From: a virus | Lineage: Duplodnaviria; Heunggongvirae; Uroviricota; Caudoviricetes | Length of the DNA stretch: 64,000 nt | Strand: one strand, 5' to 3' | Virus record (IMG/VR): IMGVR_UViG_3300044715_000866 | In this document: positions 19,280-27,632 of the stretch, piece after piece | How the letters are laid out: every line of letters starts with the position of its first letter | Numbering within the stretch: position 1 is the first letter of the stretch | Program-made: the position numbers and the translations under genes | Notes under the pieces: model-generated | What the model saw: only the letters and a program-made list of their open reading frames with translations | Told to the model about the DNA's origin: nothing | Databases searched by the model: none

Positions 19280-19789
19280 ATGAGACTAGACCAATTTAAC
19301 AATCCTATTTTTAATGAAACTGATATCTTTGATGCCTTATACTTAGGGCATCAGTCAGTACTACCAAATATACTAGCCGAACAAACAATAGAGATTGCAA
19401 ATTTAGAAAAATTTGCAGAATTTAAATTTGCCACGTTAGATCCATTAATCTGTAATCTATCAATTGAAGAATACGACAAACAACTACAAGCTGATTGGTT
19501 TATGCCTCCTGAATACTACACGATTGATATAGAGATGTATTGTATATCTAGATGTAAGTTGGACATAGAGAAATCTCGTGTGTTAGAAGAACTTGCTGAA
19601 TATAAAACACGAGGAATGCAACCGTTATTACAATGGTTAATATACTTTGTAGATACATGTAAAAAAGATAAGATTGTATGGGGAGTTGGTAGAGGATCAA
19701 GTGTGTCAAGTTTTGTATTGTATCTTTTAGAAGTTCATAAGATTCATAGCATTAAATATAATTTAGATTGGCGCGATTTTTTAAGATAA
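19280..19789 (+). CDS. Hypothetical 169-aa protein whose last ~35 residues resemble the DnaE (Pol III alpha) GxGRGSxxxSxVxYxLxIT / KYDLxFERFL block.
   Basis: C-terminus is GVGRGSSVSSFVLYLLEVHKIHSIKYNLDWRDFLR*. The N-terminal 130 aa have no PHP-domain motifs. Confidence 0.5.
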   Translation: MRLDQFNNPIFNETDIFDALYLGHQSVLPNILAEQTIEIANLEKFAEFKFATLDPLICNLSIEEYDKQLQADWFMPPEYYTIDIEMYCISRCKLDIEKSRVLEELAEYKTRGMQPLLQWLIYFVDTCKKDKIVWGVGRGSSVSSFVLYLLEVHKIHSIKYNLDWRDFLR

Positions 19790-19810
19790 GTACACACAAC
19801 GGAGAATAAA

Positions 19811-20155
19811 ATGAGTATTATACACAAAACAGCTAAAGGAAAACCAGTAGACATGAATAAACTGGTTACACAAAATGAACTTACTGTTGCAGTAAGTAAT
19901 GTTAGAATTAATGCAAGAGGTGATGAGTTAGGACCAGGTGGTCAAATTATTCACAAAAACGTTGAACCTGTTCATACCGGAGTGCCTGTTCAGCAGCAAT
20001 CAATCCGTGAAGTTGCTACCCCCGTTAAACCTGCAGCTCCTAAACCTGCAGCTCCTAAACCTACGTTTTCACCAGTAACTGATTCACCAAATGCACTGTT
20101 ACAACCTGCACCTGAATCAAAAGACGCTGATAAACAACCTAAAGGTAAACAATGA
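19811..20155 (+). CDS. Hypothetical Pro/Ala/Lys-rich protein (114 aa).
   Basis: RBS acggag. PAAPKPAAPKP is encoded by a 2x15-nt tandem repeat (cctgcagctcctaaa). Confidence 0.5.
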   Translation: MSIIHKTAKGKPVDMNKLVTQNELTVAVSNVRINARGDELGPGGQIIHKNVEPVHTGVPVQQQSIREVATPVKPAAPKPAAPKPTFSPVTDSPNALLQPAPESKDADKQPKGKQ

Positions 20156-20535
20156 TAGTTGACGGTACTTTAGATACTATTCATGATAACGTATTAATTA
20201 CTGACATGAATTTTGATGAGCAAGTAACTGCTGGCGGTATTATAGTCGGCAGCGATAATGGGAAAACAGAAGGTATTAAACCCCGATGGGGTAAAGTATA
20301 CAAAGTAGGTCCTGATCAACACGATATTACAATTGGTGATTGGATTTTAATAGAACACGGTCGATGGACTCGTGGTATTCAAATTAAAGACGATAACGGC
20401 AACGTTGTTACTGTTAGACGAGTAGAAACTAAGGCAATATTAGCAGTCTCAGATCATCAACCTACTGATATTAATCTAGGTAGATCAAACGCATCAACTG
20501 TACAAGAGTTTGACTTTAGTCAACCTATGTACTAA
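20152..20535 (+). CDS. GroES-like co-chaperonin (T4 gp31 / CocO analogue).
   Basis: 127 aa. TAGGIIVGSD...WGKVYKVGPD...IGDWILIEHG...ETKAILAV matches the GroES mobile-loop/AGGIVL/GxVxAVG/GDxV pattern. Confidence 0.6.
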   Translation: MIVDGTLDTIHDNVLITDMNFDEQVTAGGIIVGSDNGKTEGIKPRWGKVYKVGPDQHDITIGDWILIEHGRWTRGIQIKDDNGNVVTVRRVETKAILAVSDHQPTDINLGRSNASTVQEFDFSQPMY

Positions 20536-20556
20536 TCAACATGAGTAATGGAGAAC

Positions 20557-20585
20557 TTGACATTCTCCATTACTTACTATATAAT
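20557..20585 (+). promoter_or_regulatory. Consensus sigma70-type promoter (TTGACA-N17-TATAAT) upstream of the clamp-loader gene. The -35 hexamer sits in the loop of a 10-bp hairpin (20546-20572).
   Basis: The sequence is taatggagaa cttgaca ttctccatta cttacta tataat. Confidence 0.6.
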
Positions 20586-20617
20586 ATACTTTTTAAACAC
20601 AACAAAAAGGCATTTAA

Positions 20618-21538
20618 ATGGCAACAACATCGTTATGGGTTGAAAAATATCGTCCAAATACAATAGATAGCTACGTATTTAGAGATCAGCAGCAAAAAAA
20701 TCAAATAGACGGATGGATTAAACAGCAAAGCATTCCACATTTACTGTTTAGTGGTAGTGCTGGTATTGGTAAAACTACACTTGCAAAAATATTGTTTAAT
20801 GAACTAGATATTGAACCATTAGACATTTTAGAAATTAACGGATCACGAACTAACTCAGTCGACGACGTTCGTAACTTAATCACTAACTTTGTACAAATGA
20901 TTCCGTTTGGTGACTTTAAAGTTGTATTGTTAGACGAAGCAGATTACTTATCAGTGAATGCACAAGCAGCATTACGTGGGGTTATGGAAGAATATCATAA
21001 CACTGCAAGATTTTTACTTACATGTAACTATCCGCATAAAATTATTCCTGCTATACATTCAAGATGTCAAGGATTTCATATTGAAAAAGTTGATGTTGTA
21101 GAATTTACTGCAAGAGTAGCTACTATTTTAGTAGAAGAAAACGTAGAATTTGAGTTAGATACGCTTGACACGTTTGTTAAAGCAACTTATCCAGATTTAA
21201 GAAAATGCATCAACACTGTACAGATGAATAGTTTAAGTGGTACACTTTCAACTCCGTCACAAAGTGATACAGGAAGTAGTGACTATAAAGTAGAAATGGT
21301 TGAGCTATTTAAAGCAGGCAAGATATCCGATGCTCGTAAGCTATTATGTTCGCAAGCACGACCAGAAGAGATGGAAGAAATCTACAGATGGTTATATGAC
21401 AATATTAGTATATTTGGTGACGAAGCTACTCAAAATAAAGCTATTCTAATTATTAAACAAGGACTAGTTGATCATACTATTATTGCAGATGCAGAGATTA
21501 ACTTATCTGCTACATTAATACGATTAGGTAATCTATAA
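20618..21538 (+). CDS. 44: Clamp-loader AAA+ subunit (RFC small-subunit / T4 gp44 homologue).
   Basis: Walker A GSAGIGKTT, Walker B VVLLDEADYL and the RFC SRC motif IHSRCQ are present. KYRPNTIDSYVF matches the N-terminal RFC box II. The length (306 aa) is close to gp44. Confidence 0.85.
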   Translation: MATTSLWVEKYRPNTIDSYVFRDQQQKNQIDGWIKQQSIPHLLFSGSAGIGKTTLAKILFNELDIEPLDILEINGSRTNSVDDVRNLITNFVQMIPFGDFKVVLLDEADYLSVNAQAALRGVMEEYHNTARFLLTCNYPHKIIPAIHSRCQGFHIEKVDVVEFTARVATILVEENVEFELDTLDTFVKATYPDLRKCINTVQMNSLSGTLSTPSQSDTGSSDYKVEMVELFKAGKISDARKLLCSQARPEEMEEIYRWLYDNISIFGDEATQNKAILIIKQGLVDHTIIADAEINLSATLIRLGNL

Positions 21539-21540
21539 AC

Positions 21541-21569
21541 TTGCATTGATACAGTTAATATAGTATAAT
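21541..21569 (+). promoter_or_regulatory. Sigma70-type promoter (TTGCAT-N17-TATAAT) upstream of the small membrane protein / band-7 operon.
   Basis: The sequence is ttgcat tgatacagttaatatag tataat. Confidence 0.5.
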
Positions 21570-21599
21570 ATGTTTTTATTTAATTATTAAGGAGCAACT

Positions 21600-21809
21600 A
21601 TGTTGTTAATTTATTTTAAGGTGCTAGCTGTATTATTATTTTTTCTACTACAGTTTATTTTTGTACTACCGTACTACATGTCATCAGCTGAATGGTGGGA
21701 ATTTACATTAGGTTGGTTTATTTTATTAATCATTGATCCAATTGTAATTTACAAATTATGGAAGGATGCAGTTAAACCCGTTGACGAACTTTTTAAGGAT
21801 GTGAAATAA
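21600..21809 (+). CDS. Small two-TM membrane protein (69 aa).
   Basis: RBS aaggag. Two hydrophobic helices. A sigma70-like promoter lies at 21541-21569. Confidence 0.4.
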   Translation: MLLIYFKVLAVLLFFLLQFIFVLPYYMSSAEWWEFTLGWFILLIIDPIVIYKLWKDAVKPVDELFKDVK

Positions 21810-22660
21810 TGAATAAATTACTATTAGTTGCAGCAATGGCTACTGTACTTTCTGGCTGTTCAAATGTTAATGTAGGCGAAGTAGGCATTAAAGTACATTT
21901 ACTAGGCGGTGATAAAGGTGTTGACACTGAGCAATTAACTCCAGGACGTTATTGGATTGGTATAAATGAACAACTGTATACGTTCCCAACATTTATGCAA
22001 AACTATACATGGACTAGATCTCGTGCTGAAGGTCGTAACGAAGATGAGTCAATTACATTCCAAACTAAAGAAGGCCTTTCTGTAAACGCTGATATTGGTA
22101 TTACTTACACATTACAACCAGATAAAATTCCAGTTTTATTCCAAAAATATCGCAAAGGTATTGATGAAATTACACACGTTTATTTGCGTAATTTAGTGCG
22201 TGATGCAATTAACACCGAGTCATCTACTAAGTCAATTGACTCTGTTTACGGTGAAGGTAAATCGGATTTAATTAAAGCTGCTGAACATCGTGTTCGTGCT
22301 GAAGTTGAATCATACGGTATTGTGTTAGATCACTTATCTTGGGTTGGTGATATTAGATTGCCAGAGACTGTAACTGCTGCAATTAATGAAAAGATTGGTG
22401 CATCGCAACAAGCAATTACACGTCAGAACCAAGTTGAAACTGCTAAAGCACAAGCTGCAATTGCTATTGCACAAGCAGATGGTGAAGCTCAATCACGCCT
22501 ACTCGTAGCTGAAGCTGAAGCCAAAGCTATTCATTTAAAGGGCGAAGCTGTTAAAAACAACCCAGGAGTTGCTGAATTAAATGCAATTGAAAAATGGAAC
22601 GGTGTCTTACCAGTTACAATGTTACCAAACAGTTCAGTGCCGATGATTAATATAAAATAA
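21809..22660 (+). CDS. SPFH/band-7 (HflC/prohibitin-like) lipoprotein.
   Basis: Signal peptide plus lipobox MNKLLLVAAMATVLSGC. The SPFH core is GLSVNADIGITY...PVLFQKYR, followed by a C-terminal Ala/Glu-rich coiled coil (AKAQAAIAIAQADGEAQSRLLVAEAEAKAI). Confidence 0.8.
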   Translation: MNKLLLVAAMATVLSGCSNVNVGEVGIKVHLLGGDKGVDTEQLTPGRYWIGINEQLYTFPTFMQNYTWTRSRAEGRNEDESITFQTKEGLSVNADIGITYTLQPDKIPVLFQKYRKGIDEITHVYLRNLVRDAINTESSTKSIDSVYGEGKSDLIKAAEHRVRAEVESYGIVLDHLSWVGDIRLPETVTAAINEKIGASQQAITRQNQVETAKAQAAIAIAQADGEAQSRLLVAEAEAKAIHLKGEAVKNNPGVAELNAIEKWNGVLPVTMLPNSSVPMINIK

Positions 22661-22669
22661 AGGAATTAC

Positions 22670-24310
22670 ATGACTAACACTGATTGGGCAACTAATGTTG
22701 CCCTATCATCTTATACAGATGATGAATTTAATTTAGGTATTTGTGGATCGCATGACGCCTCAATTGCAATATCAAAAGGGAATAAAATCTTAGAAGTAGT
22801 TGAGATTGAAAAATTCACTGGAGAAAAACATGCTAATTTAATATTTAATACTGAAACACAAAAAGATATTAATAGCCACATTATTACCGAAGTATTAACT
22901 TACTTTAGACGCAAGTATCAAGCTAACACATATAACACTGTTTTTTGGAACTTGGTCTGTTACCACAACCAATGGTTAATGGATGACTTACCTACAGAAA
23001 TTAAAAACTTGTTCCCTTCGCGGAATTTTAAAAGATTTAGCCATCACTTATCACACGCATCAAGTGCATTTTATCAATCGCCGTATAATCGAGCATTAAT
23101 TATAACATTTGACGGCGGAAGCGATGAAGGATTATTAAATGTATATATCGGTAATGGAACTGACGATTTAATTCATTTATATAGTAATACTCGTAATTAC
23201 TGTGTTCCTTATGCAGTAATAGGCCATTTCATTTACGAGATTAAAAATGAACCAATCTATCAAATGGGGCAATTTACGTATCCGGGTAAAATGATGGGAT
23301 TAGCCGGGGACGGAGAAGTAGCTGACGATATTGAGCAAAATTTTACAAACTATTTCGAAGAAGTTGCAACTGCTAACTTACAAATACCTGAATTAATAGA
23401 TTGCTTTGCAAAACATATGAATATTTCAAATTCAGTACAGGCGAGTAAAAATACTGCAAAAACATTTGCCGCCACTGCTCAAGTAGTATTTGAAAAATTG
23501 CTACATGAAGAAATTGGTGGGTTCTTAAAGGCATCACACGGGTTGCCGATTGTGTTGTCAGGCGGTGGTGCATTGAACATTATAAACAATTCAAGAATAG
23601 CAAAATCTCATAAAGTATTTGTTCCGCCTAATCCGAATGATTCAGGGATTGCAATAGGATTGTTATGCAATGGTATTCGACCAAAAGAAAAGATAGATTG
23701 TGCATACCTTGGTCCAGACGCATTAGATAGCAGTACGTTAGAAGATGTTGTAGCGTTACGTAACGGCACTACTGTTGATCTAAATAAGCTTGCTGATAAT
23801 ATCATTGCAGGTAAAATTTATGGCGTAGTCCGAGGCCGATCTGAATGTGGGCCAAGAGCATTAGGTAATCGAAGTTTGATATGTAGTGCAATTATTCCTG
23901 AAATGAAAGATATCTTAAATTCTAAAATTAAAAATAGAGAAAGTTTTAGACCGTTTGCACCAGTTGTAAGATTAGAAGATGTTCACACATATTTTAAAAG
24001 TAAAGATGAATTAAGATTTATGTCATTTAATGTTGAAATTCATAAACAGTATGAATCACTATTATATGCAGTATCAAGTTCAGACAATACTGCTAGGGTA
24101 CAAACAATTACTCGAGAACAAAATGAATTCTTATACGATTTATTAACACTATTAGATAAAAAAGTCGGACATGGTATTTTGCTAAACACATCGTTTAATC
24201 TTGATGGAAAACCGATTTTAAACAAATATGCCGATGCATTAGACGTATTAGACACTAAAGATATAGACGGTGTAATCTTTGAAAATTATCTTATTGAAAA
24301 ATCAAAATGA
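22670..24310 (+). CDS. NodU/CmcH-family carbamoyltransferase.
   Basis: The N-terminal Kae1/YgjD-like block is LGICGSHDASIAI. The C-terminal hallmark GRSECGPRALGNRSLI matches GRxEFGPRALGNRS. The 546-aa length fits the family. Confidence 0.85.
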   Translation: MTNTDWATNVALSSYTDDEFNLGICGSHDASIAISKGNKILEVVEIEKFTGEKHANLIFNTETQKDINSHIITEVLTYFRRKYQANTYNTVFWNLVCYHNQWLMDDLPTEIKNLFPSRNFKRFSHHLSHASSAFYQSPYNRALIITFDGGSDEGLLNVYIGNGTDDLIHLYSNTRNYCVPYAVIGHFIYEIKNEPIYQMGQFTYPGKMMGLAGDGEVADDIEQNFTNYFEEVATANLQIPELIDCFAKHMNISNSVQASKNTAKTFAATAQVVFEKLLHEEIGGFLKASHGLPIVLSGGGALNIINNSRIAKSHKVFVPPNPNDSGIAIGLLCNGIRPKEKIDCAYLGPDALDSSTLEDVVALRNGTTVDLNKLADNIIAGKIYGVVRGRSECGPRALGNRSLICSAIIPEMKDILNSKIKNRESFRPFAPVVRLEDVHTYFKSKDELRFMSFNVEIHKQYESLLYAVSSSDNTARVQTITREQNEFLYDLLTLLDKKVGHGILLNTSFNLDGKPILNKYADALDVLDTKDIDGVIFENYLIEKSK

Positions 24311-24738
24311 AACAAAAGTTTAAACATGCTTTTATGAAAACGGCTTATACATTTGCGGAATTAAGTTCCGCAGTTAAGCTCAAAGTTGGTGCTGTTGTAG
24401 TTAAAGACGATAGAATTATTAGTCTTGGCTACAACGGTACACCTACCGGATGGGATAATACATGTGAACTTGAAATTATTAACTTTCAGGATGGATCTGT
24501 TCAACTTAAAACTAAATCAGAAGTTATTCATGCAGAAATGAATGCACTTATGAAATTAGCAAGTTCATCTGAATCTGGTAAAGGTGCAGCTATTTTTATT
24601 ACACATTCGCCTTGCATGGAATGTGCTAAAGGAATATACCAAACTGGTATAACTGAAGTATACTACACTGAAGCATATCGTAATGTAGATGGTATTGAAT
24701 TTTTACAAAAATGTGGTATAACTGTCGAAAAATTATAA
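24307..24738 (+). CDS. cd: dCMP deaminase (CDA-fold zinc deaminase).
   Basis: HAEMNAL...HSPCMECAKGI is the H(A/C)E...PCxxC zinc-binding signature. It is ATGA-coupled to the carbamoyltransferase. Confidence 0.8.
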   Translation: MKQKFKHAFMKTAYTFAELSSAVKLKVGAVVVKDDRIISLGYNGTPTGWDNTCELEIINFQDGSVQLKTKSEVIHAEMNALMKLASSSESGKGAAIFITHSPCMECAKGIYQTGITEVYYTEAYRNVDGIEFLQKCGITVEKL

Positions 24739-24740
24739 AA

Positions 24741-24770
24741 ATAGCAGCTGATTCCTCAGCTGCTATATTC
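24741..24770. terminator. Bidirectional terminator hairpin between cd(+) and phoH(-).
   Basis: The sequence is agcagctga ttcc tcagctgct, a 9-bp stem. The flanking sequences are A-rich and T-rich, but the runs are short. Confidence 0.55.
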
Positions 24771-24781
24771 AGTTGTAACTT

Positions 24782-25513
24782 CTAACTTTCCCCGTAGAGT
24801 GCCAAAACCTCTTTTACTGCGTTATGGCGTTCAATATCTTTATGCGTAAAATACGCAACATCAATATGGCTTAATGCCGTTTTATTGTTATCTAATCTAT
24901 CGATAAATTCTAATAAACCGTTATCATGCAAGCGATCAGCTTGTGCTAAATCCCCTGTTACAACCATACGTGAATTTTCCCCTAATCTAGTAAGAGCCAT
25001 CTTCATTTGATTAGGAGTTGTATTTTGAGCTTCATCAAAAATGATATACGCATTTTTGAAAGTTCTCCCTCTCATATAACTTAGTGGACTAATTTCAATA
25101 TCACCCTCAGCTAGAAATTTTGCAATGTCTGTCTGATGGTAATACTCGCCGAATACATCAAAAATAGGTCTTGTCCATGGCGCCATCTTTTCATTTAATG
25201 TGCCTGGTAAGAACCCTAATTCTTCATCTACCGATACTGCTGGTCTAGTTACAATAATCTTATCTATTAACCCTTCCTGAAATAATTTAATCCCATTTTG
25301 AACTGCTAACATCGTTTTCCCTGTACCTGCTGGTCCAACTGCAAACACAATGCTAGTATCTTCATCTTGTAGCATTGCGACATATTCTTTCTGACTTTGG
25401 TTGCGTGGGTTTAATGTTACGCTGTATCTTTTTGGTTTAATCAATTTTGGTTGTTGAAACTCAACTATGTTAACTTGCGATGTGAAACGTTTTTGTACTC
25501 GTTTTTGGGCCAT
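24782..25513 (-). CDS. phoH: PhoH-like ATPase.
   Basis: Walker A GPAGTGKTMLAV and the PhoH core ...IVTRPAVSVDEELGFLPG...VVTGDLAQ. RBS aggag. Confidence 0.85.
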   Translation of the reverse strand: MAQKRVQKRFTSQVNIVEFQQPKLIKPKRYSVTLNPRNQSQKEYVAMLQDEDTSIVFAVGPAGTGKTMLAVQNGIKLFQEGLIDKIIVTRPAVSVDEELGFLPGTLNEKMAPWTRPIFDVFGEYYHQTDIAKFLAEGDIEISPLSYMRGRTFKNAYIIFDEAQNTTPNQMKMALTRLGENSRMVVTGDLAQADRLHDNGLLEFIDRLDNNKTALSHIDVAYFTHKDIERHNAVKEVLALYGES

Positions 25514-25663
25514 ATAGTGTAACTCCTAGTTTTTTGTTAGAATGGTAGTAACCACAGCGACATGGATACTACACAGTTATTTAATGAAAGGGAGTCAAAT
25601 ACAAAGAAATACCGGTTGATTTTAAACCAGGATAAATAAGTGTAAACGTTTTAGGATATTATT

Positions 25664-26275
25664 ATGGCTACAGATGTATTAGATATTATTAAAAACATTC
25701 AAAATCTATATGAGAACAATTCAAGTCTAGCAGTGTTAAAAGATTTTGAAAGAGTACTCGACGAACTAGATTTGTATGTTTACAAAAACTGGGAAGATGG
25801 CGAATTAGCGTATGGACCAAAAGTTGACCGTCATTGGATTACTGTTGGGTTTATGTGGCCAAGAGATAACATGCCAGATCCAGCAGGCGGCAAACGATTA
25901 GCAGATTTAGGATGCAAAGTTAAGTATCAAAAATCACATATGGTTGAACCGCGACCAATTAAAACACCTGAAGATATTCGCCCAGGCACTAAAAAAGGTA
26001 AATTAGACCGACATCCAATTTGGATTGTAGAAATACAAATGCCAAAAAAATTAGCCTTTGATATGTATAAAGGTTATATGGATAAGCTAAAAAATGAAAA
26101 CATAGAACCGCCAAAAGAACCAGCACAACCTGCGGCTGCCCCGGCAGCAGGCGGAATGCCTCCAGCACCGGGCGGAATGGGCGGCGGAATGCCTCCGGCA
26201 CCGGGCGGAATGGGCGGCGGAATGCCTCCAGCACCGGGCGGAATGGGCGGCGGAATGCCTCCGGCACCGATGTAA
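25664..26275 (+). CDS. Hypothetical protein with a C-terminal Gly/Met/Pro-rich tandem repeat (PPAPGGMGGGM x3.5).
   Basis: 203-aa ORF whose 3' end is a GC-rich 33-bp tandem repeat. Confidence 0.6.
   Translation: MATDVLDIIKNIQNLYENNSSLAVLKDFERVLDELDLYVYKNWEDGELAYGPKVDRHWITVGFMWPRDNMPDPAGGKRLADLGCKVKYQKSHMVEPRPIKTPEDIRPGTKKGKLDRHPIWIVEIQMPKKLAFDMYKGYMDKLKNENIEPPKEPAQPAAAPAAGGMPPAPGGMGGGMPPAPGGMGGGMPPAPGGMGGGMPPAPM
26158..26272 (+). repeat. About 3.5 copies of a GC-rich 33-bp tandem repeat (gcctccRgcaccgggcggaatgggcggcggaat), in-frame inside the 25664-26275 CDS.
   Basis: Direct reading. The local GC is about 70 % against a ~37 % background. Confidence 0.85.
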
Positions 26276-26277
26276 GG

Positions 26278-27012
26278 ATGACTATGATTACAGAAAGTTT
26301 ACACGCACACGATCTTAAACACTTAATAAAGAAAGTTTTTGAAATTGATTCATATAGAAGTAAAATAGGCGACGATCAAGATGTAGTTGTTGTGTCGTTT
26401 ACTGTGGATCAAGAAGATCCTGCAAAAGATTTAGAAAATTTTGTAGAAATGGGTTATGATTTTGTTTTAGATGCAGATGTTAGCCCAGGTGAAACAGATG
26501 ACGGGAATTATAAAGTTTTTATTGAACTAGAAAGAAGCAGACATGCGGCTGAACAAATTCTTGAACTAATGGATGGCATTGAACAACTAACCGGAATGTC
26601 TGATATGAGATTTCGGTATTTTAAAAGTTTTAAAAGCCAAGATGCAAATTTAGAAAATTTAACTGCAGCAATACCTGTCGATAAAGATGCATACGACATT
26701 GCAACCAAACGAGACAAATTAGACAACTTTAGTAATTTCTTTTCAAATAGTTTTTCAGACGATGTTAGTGTTACTAACGAATCAATTACATTTAAAAGAA
26801 TTTGGACTGATCCGTTATCATTTGAGATAATTACTAGTGGTCCTAAACAAACAGTTTATAACACAATACAAGGTCCAATTATGTTGGAAGGTAGTGATAT
26901 TGCAGAAGTAATGTACTTTACAAAATGCATAGGTAACTACAATATTACCAAGGTTGGTAATACATTTATATTTGAAAACAGCGGATGGGCTGTTGCATTG
27001 GAGAAAAAATAA
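26278..27012 (+). CDS. Hypothetical protein (244 aa).
   Basis: ORF with RBS aaggatg. No recognisable motif. Confidence 0.55.
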   Translation: MTMITESLHAHDLKHLIKKVFEIDSYRSKIGDDQDVVVVSFTVDQEDPAKDLENFVEMGYDFVLDADVSPGETDDGNYKVFIELERSRHAAEQILELMDGIEQLTGMSDMRFRYFKSFKSQDANLENLTAAIPVDKDAYDIATKRDKLDNFSNFFSNSFSDDVSVTNESITFKRIWTDPLSFEIITSGPKQTVYNTIQGPIMLEGSDIAEVMYFTKCIGNYNITKVGNTFIFENSGWAVALEKK

Positions 27013-27632
27013 TGGCATTCACATTTACAGAAGCACACTTAGCAAAAATTATTCCAGGTAATTCATACATTTCAGAATGGTATGACGCATTATCATCTAT
27101 CTTACCAGAATACGATATTAACACACCAGAACGCGTTGCAGCATTCCTTGCTCAAACCGCTCACGAAAGCGGCAACTATACTGCATTAAAAGAAAACTTA
27201 AATTACAAAGCTGTAACATTGCAAAAAGTGTTTCCTAAATACTTTCCAACTGCAGCGTTAGCAGAATCATATGCCGGTAAACCAGAAAAAATTGCTAGCA
27301 AAGTATACGGCGGACGTATGGGCAACGGTGACGAATCTACAGGCGAAGGATACAAATTCTGCGGTCGTGGACTTATCCAATTAACAGGTAAAGACAACTA
27401 TACACGTTTTGCTGAAAGTTTAGAAATGGAAATTGATGAAGCTATTGAATACTTAGAAACATTTGAAGGTGCTGTACAAAGTGCTTGCTGGTTTTGGGAA
27501 ACTAATAACTTAAACCAATGGGCAGATAAAGGTGACATCATTACACTTACAAAAAGAATTAATGGCGGAACTATTGGAATTGAAGACCGTAAACATCACT
27601 ATGCTAACGCAATCAAAGTATTGAGTGCATAA
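27013..27632 (+). CDS. GH19 chitinase-like endolysin.
   Basis: AAFLAQTAHESGNY matches the GH19 catalytic box FxAQTSHET. KENLNY carries the second Glu. GRGLIQLTGKDNY is a conserved GH19 block. The start is moved to the ATG at 27013, immediately after the upstream stop; the track's 26985 start is an overlapping N-extension. Confidence 0.8.

Noticed and set aside
15466-24255. Other short antisense or overlapping track ORFs (15466-15738, 18347-18538, 20701-20883, 23373-23573, 23608-23805, 24040-24255). The same applies to those inside clpA (30970-31278, 31321-31533, 32458-32871), the ligase (33638-33985, 33982-34245, 34339-34677, 34955-35146) and others (35392-35806, 36397-36582, 36766-36972, 38257-38451, 38922-39104, 39121-39344, 39518-39757, 41898-42089, 42151-42384, 45139-45348, 46128-46406, 46462-46728, 48808-49062, 49340-49528, 50683-50985, 51247-51604, 53693-53926, 54144-54350, 55550-55887, 56091-56285, 57203-57397, 57624-57860, 58870-59076, 61998-62183, 62853-63065).
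   Set aside because: Each is nested in or antisense to a longer ORF that has recognisable motifs and/or an RBS and translational coupling. None has its own signals.
25989-26267. Minus-strand 92-aa ORF (MPEAFRRPFRPV... repeats).
   Set aside because: It is the antisense reading of the GC-rich 33-bp tandem repeat inside the 25664-26275 gene, so it is a repeat artefact.
26985-27012. Track N-terminal extensions using TTG/GTG or overlapping ATG (endolysin 26985, dnaJ-like 29649, charged protein 36936, 32880, 48966, 50628, 51565, 60522).
   Set aside because: In each case an ATG with an RBS lies immediately after the upstream stop codon. The extension would overlap the upstream gene or, for 29649, coincide with the promoter -35 box.
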